64,000 bases of DNA from Ignavibacteriota bacterium (GTDB lineage Bacteria; Bacteroidota; Ignavibacteria; UBA10030), in the NCBI GenBank assembly GCA_963727825.1, contig CAVSHO010000009.1, positions 512,001 through 576,000 of the forward strand, in the 5' to 3' direction. Numbering within the stretch: position 1 is the first letter of the stretch; the number at the start of each line of letters is the position of its first letter. The notes beneath the pieces are model-generated. The model was given only the letters and a program-made list of their open reading frames with translations. It was not told the DNA's origin and did not search any database. A program made the translations under genes and the position numbers. This document shows, one piece after another, positions 1-9,676 of the stretch.

Positions 1-879
1 ATATACACCGCCATGCCCCGGAATCAATTTAGAAGCATCTTTTAATCCGGCATCCCGCTTAAAACGGGATTCGATAAGATCACCCAATTGCCCGAATGTC
101 CCAATAAGCACGCCGATAACAATCGCATGGTAGAACGTAAGATAACCAATCACAAATATTTTTGCCACCACCATCGTCAATATTGAGAAGATAAAACCAA
201 AGACCGCACCTTCCCAGGTTTTTTTTGGGCTGACACTTTCGAACAATCGATGTTTTCCAAATGCCGATCCTCCAAAGTATGCCGCTGTATCGCACATCCA
301 AATTGATACAAAGACAGCGATTACCGTGTATCCGCCCCAGCGATTGATCTGAGCGAACTGAAGATCGTCCGCATAACCTAATGCAAAAAATTTGTATACA
401 GGGAACCCATATGGAAATAATTCTCGCAAGAAAATAAGTGTGCCAAAGCAGAGCGAGACGATCATCACACCTGATATTGTTGTTGAAATGTTGATTATCG
501 GCGAGCCTTTAGTACGGAACAGTTCTATCAGCATTGTCAGAAGTAAAAGCATCAGCAAAACAACTGTGAGAAGCTGATGCTGCGAGAACATTGAAAGATG
601 AATATTAAAATGATTAAGAACGAATTGATAGATATCAACCTGAAGCCGTTCGTAAACAAACACGGCGTTGATAATAACTCCGGCTACAAGCCCGATAGTT
701 TTCAGCGGCGCGGCGCCCTTGGCTTCTGCCAGTCCATAGAATTCAAACAAAGTAAGCGATGAGATGGCGGCGATAAGTAAGAAGAAGCAATATCCGCCGA
801 GCATTGTCAGCCATAAAATGATTGGAATTGCAATAAGCGCTACAAGCACGCGTATGAAGAGATTTTCAAATTTATGCAT
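1..879 (-). CDS. cdsA: Phosphatidate cytidylyltransferase (3' end runs off window)
   Basis: Absent from the ORF track; read by hand. ATG at 879 gives MHKFENLFIRVLVALIAIPIILWL..., hydrophobic throughout, and ends at the window edge with GQLGDLIESRFKRDAGLKDASKLIPGHGGVY, the CTP_transf_1 signature. Confidence 0.93.
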   Translation of the reverse strand, partial: MHKFENLFIRVLVALIAIPIILWLTMLGGYCFFLLIAAISSLTLFEFYGLAEAKGAAPLKTIGLVAGVIINAVFVYERLQVDIYQFVLNHFNIHLSMFSQHQLLTVVLLMLLLLTMLIELFRTKGSPIINISTTISGVMIVSLCFGTLIFLRELFPYGFPVYKFFALGYADDLQFAQINRWGGYTVIAVFVSIWMCDTAAYFGGSAFGKHRLFESVSPKKTWEGAVFGFIFSILTMVVAKIFVIGYLTFYHAIVIGVLIGTFGQLGDLIESRFKRDAGLKDASKLIPGHGGVY

Positions 880-910
880 TTTTTAACTATCAATTAAAGG
901 TGATATGTGA

Positions 911-1378
911 TTAATTATTATCGATAAGATTCAATTCTTTAAGAAGTGCTTTTGCCTTTTCAATTTCGGATTTCCTGATGAACAATAACACACGATTTTC
1001 GTTCAACCAATATGTCGTAATGTGGTCATGTAAAGAAAAAGTTTTTACTTCGATCCCGCCGTCCGCAAGATTACGCACGAGTGCTTCTGCTTCAAAATCT
1101 GAATCTGGCTGATACAATATACTCCACTCTTGAAACAATATCTTATGCTCAGGATTATTACATAAAATCTTTCCGTCGCTCTTCACCTCGCAATCAGAAC
1201 AAACCGGTTTACCGCAGATAACACAAAGCCCGACTGCACGATGATTTGGATGCGTTTCACATTCAATTTTAGGAATTCTATCTTCATTCGCGTCAAGCAG
1301 CGTGCCACACACAATACAAAACTTTTGTCCATCTTGAAGTTGTGTTGAGCAATTTTTACATGTGTTAATTGCTTTCAT
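911..1378 (-). CDS. Zinc-ribbon/B-box-like Cys-rich protein with C-terminal DUF2007-like domain
   Basis: CKNC..CIVC, CETHP..CVICGKPVCSDC motifs; C-terminal EAEALVRNLADGGIEV...EKAKALL resembles DUF2007. Confidence 0.65.
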   Translation of the reverse strand: MKAINTCKNCSTQLQDGQKFCIVCGTLLDANEDRIPKIECETHPNHRAVGLCVICGKPVCSDCEVKSDGKILCNNPEHKILFQEWSILYQPDSDFEAEALVRNLADGGIEVKTFSLHDHITTYWLNENRVLLFIRKSEIEKAKALLKELNLIDNN

Positions 1379-2322
1379 TAATGGATCCGCCGCGAAATAT
1401 CGTGCGTGAGACGAAGATAAAGTACAAATGTCAAAAAGAAGAGCGAAGCAAAACCGATTAATTCGAAAATCATTATAGGTGCATCGGATGTCGTTTGTGT
1501 GGCTGTCAATAGATTATCATCCTGCAAACCATAAAAGGAAGCGAGTACCGCCATAAGATTATTGAAAAAGTGCGCCGATATCGGCACCAACAAACTTTGC
1601 GAACGATACCTAAGCAATCCAAAGAATACGCCTAACCCGATGAGCGGAACAACTTCAAATGGATTAACATGAAACAAGCCGAAGATAGTCCCTGCCAGCA
1701 CTGCCGATACCATCGGAGACATCAATCGTTCAAATATTTTTTGTATGAGCCCGCGAAACAGCAGTTCTTCTACAACCGCCGGCACAACCGCAACCACCAA
1801 AATCACAGCCATCAGTTCTAAGGGCGAGTCAGCACGAAGTAGAACTTTTGTTAGTTCTTCAAACATTTTTTCTATCGGTTCGATGATTTCACGAAGTATT
1901 TCCGGCATCGGAACACGTTCTTGGAAATACATATATACTTCAAATACACGCTGCAATGAAAAAAGCGCTAAAAGTGCAAGAGTTGATTCGCGCAGTCCAG
2001 GAACTCTAAATTGAAATACTTCACGTAAACGCGTGACGAAAAGCCGAGCCAGCAGAAAGGTTGGAATGAGAATGAAACACAACTGTCCCGCGAGCGTAAG
2101 CCAGCGCATTGTCCAAACATTATCGCGTGTAACCGAAGCCGCGCCCATAATGAGATACGCCAACACACCGCCGCCGATTTGATAAAGAAAGAACACGAAA
2201 ACTAAAGATGCAAATGCAAAAAAAAGCGGATGGATCGAATGCCGATCAACAAAGGAAAGTTTGCCAGCAATTAACTGTTCATTATCTGCTGATTCTGGAA
2301 TGTGTCCGTTGGATTCTGTCAT
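1378..2322 (-). CDS. CPBP family intramembrane glutamic endopeptidase (CAAX/Abi)
   Basis: Multi-TM protein with EELLFRG, FGLFH and HFFNN motifs. Confidence 0.9.
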   Translation of the reverse strand: MTESNGHIPESADNEQLIAGKLSFVDRHSIHPLFFAFASLVFVFFLYQIGGGVLAYLIMGAASVTRDNVWTMRWLTLAGQLCFILIPTFLLARLFVTRLREVFQFRVPGLRESTLALLALFSLQRVFEVYMYFQERVPMPEILREIIEPIEKMFEELTKVLLRADSPLELMAVILVVAVVPAVVEELLFRGLIQKIFERLMSPMVSAVLAGTIFGLFHVNPFEVVPLIGLGVFFGLLRYRSQSLLVPISAHFFNNLMAVLASFYGLQDDNLLTATQTTSDAPIMIFELIGFASLFFLTFVLYLRLTHDISRRIH

Positions 2323-3278
2323 CTGGAAGAAAGCTGAGCCTTAATCATTGCGGCGAGCAGCGGAAACATGATTTCATGATGCCCTGTAAAGTTATAACCC
2401 CTCCCGAATTTTTGAGTCGGCCGTTCAACAACGTTCATTTGTGGTCGGTATTGGCGTATCATATCGAAGTTTGCAGTAGAGAATCCTTTCGCTTTGTAGC
2501 CGAGGTTACGCGCAACAGTAAGAGCTTTCAGAAAAACCTCCGGCATAATCACCGCAGATCCAAAGTTGAGCACAACACCGCCATTAATTAGATTCTTAAT
2601 GGAATTCACAAACACTTTGAAATCGCGATAACTCAACTCACCCGTCGCCGCGCCATCCATCGTAGCCTGCTGATGAATGATATCCGTACCAATCGCTGCA
2701 TGCACAGTTACCGGAACACCAAGTTCATAGCACTTGGCAAGAATACTTAAGTTTCGGTTTCGTGCCTTCACTGCAATAATTTTCTTCCCAAGCGTTTCGC
2801 CGTAACCCCCATTTGATTCTTTCATTCCTTTCGTAAGCGCGAGATTAATGAAGTCGCCGGTTTCTTTTGACATCCCAAATGTTCCATCCATCAAATTGGT
2901 TGCAACATCTTCCGAAGTCTTTCCCCATATCGCCGTCTCAACATCGTGAATTGAAGCCGCGCTATTCATCGCCACATGAGTAACAATACGAAGTTTGAGT
3001 AAATCAACAATGAGCGGTGAGAGTCCGACCTTAATTACATGCGCTCCCATCATCAGAATGACGGGTTTATTGTTTTTTCGAGCGCAGATGATATCGTTCA
3101 CCAAATCCCTCAATTCATCGGCAATAAGAATGTGAGGCAGTGAATTAGTAAAGTCTTTGAAGCTTGCACGCTTTGCGTTGAGTGGTTTAGCAAAATCCTT
3201 CGGCGTTACTTTGCTTTTACGCTTTTTAATGGAAATGGTTCTAACACCGGTGACATCTATTTGTTTGTATTTTGACAT
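2319..3278 (-). CDS. Deoxyhypusine-synthase-like uncharacterised protein
   Basis: Motifs MMGAHVIKVG, HAAIGTD, GSAVIMPEVFLKAL and GHHEIMFPLL, which I associate with a conserved DHS-like bacterial family. Confidence 0.6.
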   Translation of the reverse strand: MSKYKQIDVTGVRTISIKKRKSKVTPKDFAKPLNAKRASFKDFTNSLPHILIADELRDLVNDIICARKNNKPVILMMGAHVIKVGLSPLIVDLLKLRIVTHVAMNSAASIHDVETAIWGKTSEDVATNLMDGTFGMSKETGDFINLALTKGMKESNGGYGETLGKKIIAVKARNRNLSILAKCYELGVPVTVHAAIGTDIIHQQATMDGAATGELSYRDFKVFVNSIKNLINGGVVLNFGSAVIMPEVFLKALTVARNLGYKAKGFSTANFDMIRQYRPQMNVVERPTQKFGRGYNFTGHHEIMFPLLAAMIKAQLSSR

Positions 3279-3307
3279 AATTCTCTGTGCCTGTTTTGAT
3301 TTTTAAT

Positions 3308-4117
3308 TTATTCTACCTTTGCTTTAATCTGTCCATTGATGCCAGAATATTCTCGCAACTCTGCATCGATGGAACCAACAATGACTTTCGTACTCACTTT
3401 CACTGGAATCTTCCGTTCATCATTTGTCATCCAAATAATGATATGTCCTTCACTTTTAAATAATCCGCCTTCCATAATCAGCGGTTCCACTAATACACAA
3501 TTGAATTTCCCTGCGTCTACAGAAATTTGCTGATACCCAAGAAATTTTACCGCAAGCTGGTAAGTAGTGTCTTTAAAGAAATTCTGCAGGAGTATTTTTT
3601 CACCTGGACGGCACTTCGAATAATTTAAAGTTCGCACATAAAACATTGCTGAAACTACATCATGCACATATGGCGGAATCGGATAACTGCCGGCTTTTGT
3701 GGTCGCAATATTATTCAATTGATCGAATTCAGCGGCAAAATCGTTACTATACTTGCCCTCCCGAATTCGCTGCGTAAATCGCCACGGAAAAATTCCTTTC
3801 TTATCCAGTATAGTTTCATAGCGATCGTCAACCTTATAAAAAAAGGAAAATGTTGGCGTAGAGTTTACCGTAAAGACTACTTGATAGCATTCTCTTCCGT
3901 GCGTTGTGTCAATCGAAGGGATCGAAAACACAGCATCTCCTGCTTTAATAAAACTATAATCAACATCGTACACTAATCGTTCGCCAATTGCAAATGCGGA
4001 TTGGTCTATAGTACGGAGATCAACAAGGGATTTTGACCGGATCGTATCCTGCGCTTGTAAATAAGAAATAGTAAGGGAAAACAAAGAGAGAATCAGGATG
4101 TTCAAAATTTTCTTCAT
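3308..4117 (-). CDS. Secreted DUF3108-family protein
   Basis: Signal peptide; FAIGERLVYDVDY, FFYKVDD and IWMTNDERKIPVK motifs. Confidence 0.75.
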   Translation of the reverse strand: MKKILNILILSLFSLTISYLQAQDTIRSKSLVDLRTIDQSAFAIGERLVYDVDYSFIKAGDAVFSIPSIDTTHGRECYQVVFTVNSTPTFSFFYKVDDRYETILDKKGIFPWRFTQRIREGKYSNDFAAEFDQLNNIATTKAGSYPIPPYVHDVVSAMFYVRTLNYSKCRPGEKILLQNFFKDTTYQLAVKFLGYQQISVDAGKFNCVLVEPLIMEGGLFKSEGHIIIWMTNDERKIPVKVSTKVIVGSIDAELREYSGINGQIKAKVE

Positions 4118-4164
4118 TCACAAAACCTATATATATCAAACACTAATTTTCTACTTATCGATCA

Positions 4165-5190
4165 TTAATCGCTTGTTGCTAATTTTACCGCCGCTTCCAG
4201 AACTTGTTTCACGGTTATCTGTTCCATACAATCACTTCCCCGACACTTGCCGCCCTTGCAACGTGGACATTGTATTGGGTCGGGAACAAATATTGCTTTC
4301 TTGTTAGTCAGCGGGCCCCAGCGTTTAGGACTCATCACGTGTACTGGTGCAAAAAATCCCACAACCGGAGTTCCAACTGCTGCTGCAATATGCAACGGAC
4401 CGGTAGAATTTGCCACAAATAACTTTGCCGTTTGAATGAATGCTGCAAATTCTTTTAAACTCAAATCACTGACGAAAGACTTCACCCCTTCTCCAGCGTT
4501 GTGAGCTACAGTATACACCAATTCTGTTTCAGCTTTTCCGCCAGTAATAACAACATAAAATCCACGTTTCTTCAATTCAGAAGCAAGCAGCGCAAAGTTT
4601 TCCGGTTTCCAATCGTGCGCCGAACCACCGCTGCCGGGATGCAACAATACTAATCGGTCAGTATCCAAAATTCCAATTGATTTGCGTATTTCAGAAGCTG
4701 TTTCTCTTTCTTGTTCGGAAATTATGATCTTTACTTCAGGCTTCCACGATACTGTACATCCCAAACCTTTTAAAAGTGAAAGATTATATTCAGCTTCATG
4801 CTTCTCTACGGTTTTGCGATGCTCGAAAATTTTTCTGTTGAATAAAAACGAATACCATCGGTAACCGGTTCCGACGCGGATCGGGATTCGTGCCAACCAT
4901 AATAAAAGAGCAATTCGGAACCTTGGAAATGCGACTACAGCCGCATCAAACTGTGCGCGGCGAAGTTCCGTCAGCATCTCAAAGAATGGCTTTGGCGCCA
5001 CTTCTCTATTATAGTAAAGAACGTTTGCAATTCCTTCCACCAAGCTCTCTGTATATGAATTCAACAACATTGCAACGCGTGCACTGGGAAAATTCGACTT
5101 CAGCGCTTCGATTGTAGGGAGTGTAAGGATCACATCTCCGATGCGGTCGGTTCGAACGACTAAAATATTCTGCAAGAGCTGTTTTTTCAC
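4165..5190 (-). CDS. Glycosyltransferase family 9 (LPS heptosyltransferase-like)
   Basis: ILVVRTDRIGDVIL, LHPGSGG, ANSTGPLHIAAAVGTP motifs. Likely GTG start at 5190. Confidence 0.9.
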   Translation of the reverse strand: MKKQLLQNILVVRTDRIGDVILTLPTIEALKSNFPSARVAMLLNSYTESLVEGIANVLYYNREVAPKPFFEMLTELRRAQFDAAVVAFPRFRIALLLWLARIPIRVGTGYRWYSFLFNRKIFEHRKTVEKHEAEYNLSLLKGLGCTVSWKPEVKIIISEQERETASEIRKSIGILDTDRLVLLHPGSGGSAHDWKPENFALLASELKKRGFYVVITGGKAETELVYTVAHNAGEGVKSFVSDLSLKEFAAFIQTAKLFVANSTGPLHIAAAVGTPVVGFFAPVHVMSPKRWGPLTNKKAIFVPDPIQCPRCKGGKCRGSDCMEQITVKQVLEAAVKLATSD

Positions 5191-5420
5191 GCAATTAGTT
5201 GATGAATCTTGAATCAATATAATGAGCGATGGTGGGAGATGCAAGGAATGGGCGCCAAGAGCGTTGACTCTCCCCTAAACCTTTCCGATATTAAATTACT
5301 TATCTATAACAATCTGCATTTATCTCGCTCGTAAAAACAAGCGGGACTGCCCAGCTGTTCACACCGACATGAACGGCGGCAGCATTCGTTCAACAAAACA
5401 AAAAATACATAGGTGTCATT

Positions 5421-6752
5421 ATGAAACGTGCCAAAGTGATCATCATGGGCGCTGCGGGTCGGGATTTCCATAACTTCAACACCGTTTTCCGCAAAGACGA
5501 TCGCTACGAAGTCGTCGCTTTTACTGTAACACAAATTCCTAATATTGAAGAACGGAAATATCCCGCCGAACTATCGGGTGCGCTTTATCCCAACGGTATT
5601 CCAATTTTTCCGGAATCGGAATTACCACGCCTCATCAAAGAGTTAAATGTCGATGAAGTCGTCTTCGCATATTCGGATGTGCCGTTCAATTATGTAATGA
5701 GTAAAGCTGCTCTAGTAATAGCGTCTGGATCTGATTTTAAATTGCAGGGCGCTCGACCCACAATGTTGAAGAGTAAAGTTCCTGTCATCGCCGTGGTTGC
5801 TGTACGCACAGGCGCCGGGAAAAGTCAAACCTCACGCAAGGTGTGCAATTTGCTTCGCGCAGCCGGAAAGAAGGTCGTTGCTATCCGTCACCCGATGCCA
5901 TATGGCGATTTAGTAAAGCAAAAAGTACAGCGCTATTCTTCCATCGACGACTTAAAGAATTACGAATGTACAGTAGAAGAAATGGAGGAATACGAGCCGC
6001 ATATAGTCAATGGAACGATCATTTATGCCGGTGTTGATTACGAAGCGATCCTCCACGAAGCCGAAAAAGAGGCCGATGTTATTGTGTGGGATGGTGGAAA
6101 CAACGATATGTCATTCTATCAACCCGATCTCACCATCGTTGTCGCTGATCCGCACCGGGCAGGGCACGAAATATCTTATTATCCAGGCGCAGTCAACATT
6201 CATCTTGCCGACGTTGTCGTTATCAATAAAATAGATACGTCATCCAGAATAAATATTGATATTGTTCGGAAGAACATCGTCAGCGTTAATCCGAAAGCAA
6301 TAATAATCGAAGCGGCATCTCCAATAAGTGTGGAAGACGAATCGGTCATTCGTAATAAGCGCGTCCTTGTAGTGGAAGACGGCCCAACGCTAACACACGG
6401 CGAGATGACATACGGCGCCGGCCACGTTGCCGCTCGGAAGTACGGTGCAAAAGAGATTGTCGATCCGCGCCCATGGGTGGTCAATTCTATAGCTGAAACT
6501 TTTAAAAAATATCCACATATTGGAACGTTACTGCCGGCAATGGGGTATGGCGGAAAACAGATAAAAGATCTGGAAACAACTATTAACAGAGTTGAATGTG
6601 ATTCCGTCATTATCGGTACGCCGATTGATCTCCGCCGCATTATCAAGATCAAAAAACCAAGTACTCGTATTTATTACGAGCTGGAAGAAATCGCAAAACC
6701 GAATTTAAATGAGATTTTGACCGGCTTCATGAAGAAACATGGCTTGAAATAA
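5421..6752 (+). CDS. arcE: Arginine synthetase (ArcE)-like P-loop protein (often annotated GTPase or cyclic 2,3-diphosphoglycerate synthetase homolog)
   Basis: [12 protein letters not shown]-terminus, P-loop [41 protein letters not shown]; immediately upstream of OTC and carbamate kinase. Confidence 0.8.
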   Translation: MKRAKVIIMGAAGRDFHNFNTVFRKDDRYEVVAFTVTQIPNIEERKYPAELSGALYPNGIPIFPESELPRLIKELNVDEVVFAYSDVPFNYVMSKAALVIASGSDFKLQGARPTMLKSKVPVIAVVAVRTGAGKSQTSRKVCNLLRAAGKKVVAIRHPMPYGDLVKQKVQRYSSIDDLKNYECTVEEMEEYEPHIVNGTIIYAGVDYEAILHEAEKEADVIVWDGGNNDMSFYQPDLTIVVADPHRAGHEISYYPGAVNIHLADVVVINKIDTSSRINIDIVRKNIVSVNPKAIIIEAASPISVEDESVIRNKRVLVVEDGPTLTHGEMTYGAGHVAARKYGAKEIVDPRPWVVNSIAETFKKYPHIGTLLPAMGYGGKQIKDLETTINRVECDSVIIGTPIDLRRIIKIKKPSTRIYYELEEIAKPNLNEILTGFMKKHGLK

Positions 6753-6759
6753 TATTCTC

Positions 6760-6789
6760 TGTAGAGACGCAGCATGCTGCGTCTCTACA
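6760..6789. repeat. Perfect 30-bp GTAG-type REP-like palindrome
   Basis: TGTAGAGACGCAGCATGCTGCGTCTCTACA is its own reverse complement; it lies between arcE and the OTC gene. Confidence 0.85.
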
Positions 6790-6814
6790 ATCGCATTAAC
6801 AGGAGAACAAAATT

Positions 6815-7828
6815 ATGAAACGAGATTTTCTTACTATCGCTGATTGGTCGGGGAAAGAGTTGCTCCAAATCCTCGACCTTTCAAAAAAAATGAAGGCAGA
6901 TCCAAAAAAGTTTGCCAAATCATTGGAAGGCAAATCGGTTGCATTGATTTTTGAAAAACAATCGCTCCGTACTCACGTCACGTTCGAAATCGGCATCAAA
7001 CAACTCGGCGCAAATACTGTTTATCTGACGAATGCAGATATCAGTCTTGGCAAACGCGAATCGGTTTACGACACAGCAAAGAATTTGGAGCGATGGGTCG
7101 ATGCAATCGTAATCAGAACGTTTGCTCATAAAAATATCATCGATTTAGCAGCCAATGCATCATCGTGTATTGTCAACGCGCTGACGGACTTTGAACATCC
7201 TTGTCAGGCGGTTGGAGATTTTCTCACTATTCAAGAGCATCTTGGCTCTTTTAAAGGTAAGAAATTTGCGTGGGTTGGCGACGGTAACAACGTATGCCAC
7301 TCGCTTATGCTATTGTCGGTAAAAGTCGGAATGAATTTTACTGCAATCACACCAGCTGGATTTCTGCCGGATGCAGGCGTAATAGAACTTGCTAAAGAAA
7401 TTGCAGCTTCGACTGGCGCAAAAATAGAAATCTCAACAAATCCTATTGAGGGTGTACGTGATGCCGATGTTATTTACACGGATGTATGGGTTAGTATGGG
7501 ACAAGAAACTGATCGCGAAACAAAAATGAAAGCTTTCGCCGGATTTCAGGTCAATGCAGAATTAATGGAAAAGGCAAAACCTACTGCTGTTTTTATGCAT
7601 TGCTTGCCAGCGCATCGCGGAGAAGAGGTGACAGATGAAGTGATGGACTCAACTCAGTCCATTGTGTTCGATGAAGCAGAGAATAGGCTTCACACACAAA
7701 AAGCAATCATCTACATGTTGTTGAAGGGACAGAGTCGTGAAAAACTCAATACTCGTAGCGGTCGGCGGAAACTCTCTCATTCGCGCGGGACAACGCGGAA
7801 CAATAGCAGAGCAGCGCGAAAACGCTAG
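6815..7828 (+). CDS. argF: Ornithine carbamoyltransferase
   Basis: FEKQSLRT, HPCQ, GDGNNV, DVWVSMG and HCLP motifs; AGGAG RBS upstream. The Arg-rich tail overlaps the next gene by 92 bp. Confidence 0.9.
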   Translation: MKRDFLTIADWSGKELLQILDLSKKMKADPKKFAKSLEGKSVALIFEKQSLRTHVTFEIGIKQLGANTVYLTNADISLGKRESVYDTAKNLERWVDAIVIRTFAHKNIIDLAANASSCIVNALTDFEHPCQAVGDFLTIQEHLGSFKGKKFAWVGDGNNVCHSLMLLSVKVGMNFTAITPAGFLPDAGVIELAKEIAASTGAKIEISTNPIEGVRDADVIYTDVWVSMGQETDRETKMKAFAGFQVNAELMEKAKPTAVFMHCLPAHRGEEVTDEVMDSTQSIVFDEAENRLHTQKAIIYMLLKGQSREKLNTRSGRRKLSHSRGTTRNNSRAARKR

Positions 7829-8675
7829 GATCACTACTGAGTTTATAGCTGGAATTGTTGGACGCGGATTTACGCTCGTCGTTACTCATGGAAACGGCCC
7901 GCAGGTCGGAGCACAGCTACTGCGCTCAGAAGCCGGTTCTTCTCAGACATATTCTCTCCCGTTAGATATCTGCGTGGCAATGACACAAGGTGAGATTGGT
8001 TTTGCCTTACAAAATTCCATGCAGATGGCGTTTCGGAAACATGGAATCAATCGTCAAGTAGTTACTATTGTTACACAGGTGGTTGTTGATAAGAACGATC
8101 CTGCATTTCAGCGTCCGACCAAACCGATTGGGCCATTCTATTCCAAAGAAACTGCAGAACGCAAACGAAAAGAGTTAGGATGGAGTATTATTGAAGATGC
8201 AGCTCGCGGTTATCGGCGCGTCGTTCCCTCTCCTCTACCGAAAGACATTGTCGAACTTGAAGTCATCAAAGGCTGTCTCGAAAGCAACATCGTTGTTGTT
8301 GCAGTCGGCGGTGGTGGTGTTCCTGTAATTTATGAAGATGGAGAAATGAAAGGTATTGAAGCAGTAATTGATAAAGATCGCGCATCTGCGATGCTCGCCG
8401 CTAAATTAGGCATTGAACATTTTATTATCTCCACCGAAGTATCTGAAGTATACATCAATTACAAAAGATCGAATCAGCAGATATTACGCAGCATCACAAT
8501 AGCGGAAGCAAAGAAGTATGTTGCCGATGGACAGTTTAGCGAAGGAAGTATGAAACCAAAGATTGAAGCTGCAATCGATTTTCTCAACAGTGGCGGCAAG
8601 GTTGTCACGATTACCGATCCGGAACATCTCATCGCCGCGCTCGATGGCGAAGCAGGAACGAGAATAACAAAATGA
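7737..8675 (+). CDS. arcC: Carbamate kinase
   Basis: VAVGGNSL, THGNGPQVG, PTKPIGPFY, GYRRVVPSP, EAVIDKD and GSMKPK motifs. Confidence 0.95.
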   Translation: MKNSILVAVGGNSLIRAGQRGTIAEQRENARITTEFIAGIVGRGFTLVVTHGNGPQVGAQLLRSEAGSSQTYSLPLDICVAMTQGEIGFALQNSMQMAFRKHGINRQVVTIVTQVVVDKNDPAFQRPTKPIGPFYSKETAERKRKELGWSIIEDAARGYRRVVPSPLPKDIVELEVIKGCLESNIVVVAVGGGGVPVIYEDGEMKGIEAVIDKDRASAMLAAKLGIEHFIISTEVSEVYINYKRSNQQILRSITIAEAKKYVADGQFSEGSMKPKIEAAIDFLNSGGKVVTITDPEHLIAALDGEAGTRITK

Positions 8676-8728
8676 ACATCGTAGAATAGGGTTAATTTGT
8701 CCTTATTAAGCCAAATCAAGGAACGAAC

Positions 8729-9646
8729 ATGAAGCTTCAACACATCATCGAATCCCAGCAATTTACACTTCCGATGCTTAACGAACTATTTAATCTTGCA
8801 GATCAAATGGGAAGTATTGTCATACGCGGGGGTACGTTAGATTATCAACATAGAATTATGGCATCGCTTTTTTATGAGCCTTCGACTCGGACACGATTCT
8901 CTTTTGAGTCCGCAATGTTACGACTTGGCGGCAAGATCATGTCCACTGAACATGCACAGGATTTTTCTTCTGTTTCGTACGGTGAATCACTGGAAGATAC
9001 AATTCGTGTGGTCGGCAATTACACAGACGTTATCGTCCTCAGACACAATCAGTTGGGAGGAGCTAAACGGGCAGCGGAGGTTTCTTCTGTTCCCATTATC
9101 AATGCCGGCGACGGCAAAGGCGGTCAGCATCCGACACAAGCGCTACTTGATTTATATACTATTTACAAAGAAATCAAAACGATTGACGGGGTCAAAGTAG
9201 CTCTCGTCGGAAATTTATTAGATGGGCGCACTGTTCGTTCGCTTGCTTATTTACTTGGAAAATACGAACGCGTAAAAATTTATTTCATTGCACCGCCGGC
9301 ACTTCAAATGAAACAAGATATTCTTGATTATTTAAATCGCCACAATGTTTGGTATACATTAGAGAGCGACTTCAAAAAAATATTGCCGGAAGTTGATGTC
9401 GTGTATATGACGCGCATCGAAGAACAAAAGATCTCCGCAGCTTCAATAGAGGGACCATTCAAACGTTATTTCATTGACGAAGAAGTAATGAGATTCATGC
9501 GATCCAATGCAATTCTTATGCATCCACTACCACGGCTCAATGAAATTTCACCGACTATAGATACCGATTCTCGTGCGGCGTACTTCCGCCAAACCAAGAA
9601 TGGTGTCTTAATACGAATGGCTCTGCTGGTTTCTACGCTGGATTGA
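8729..9646 (+). CDS. pyrB: Aspartate carbamoyltransferase-like transcarbamylase with a diverged aspartate site
   Basis: FYEPSTRTRFSF, INAGDG..QHPTQ, GRTVRSL and MHPLP are present; SSVSYGE and TRIEEQK replace the canonical ..KGE and TR.QKER. Confidence 0.7.
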   Translation: MKLQHIIESQQFTLPMLNELFNLADQMGSIVIRGGTLDYQHRIMASLFYEPSTRTRFSFESAMLRLGGKIMSTEHAQDFSSVSYGESLEDTIRVVGNYTDVIVLRHNQLGGAKRAAEVSSVPIINAGDGKGGQHPTQALLDLYTIYKEIKTIDGVKVALVGNLLDGRTVRSLAYLLGKYERVKIYFIAPPALQMKQDILDYLNRHNVWYTLESDFKKILPEVDVVYMTRIEEQKISAASIEGPFKRYFIDEEVMRFMRSNAILMHPLPRLNEISPTIDTDSRAAYFRQTKNGVLIRMALLVSTLD

Positions 9647-9676
9647 AGAATGTTGTAGTCGCCTACTTTGACTAAA

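Noticed and set aside
6950-6990. SLRT instead of STRT in OTC, suggesting an acetyl- or succinyl-ornithine transcarbamylase
   Set aside because: The DxxxSMG and HCLP ornithine-binding motifs are intact, which supports an ordinary OTC.
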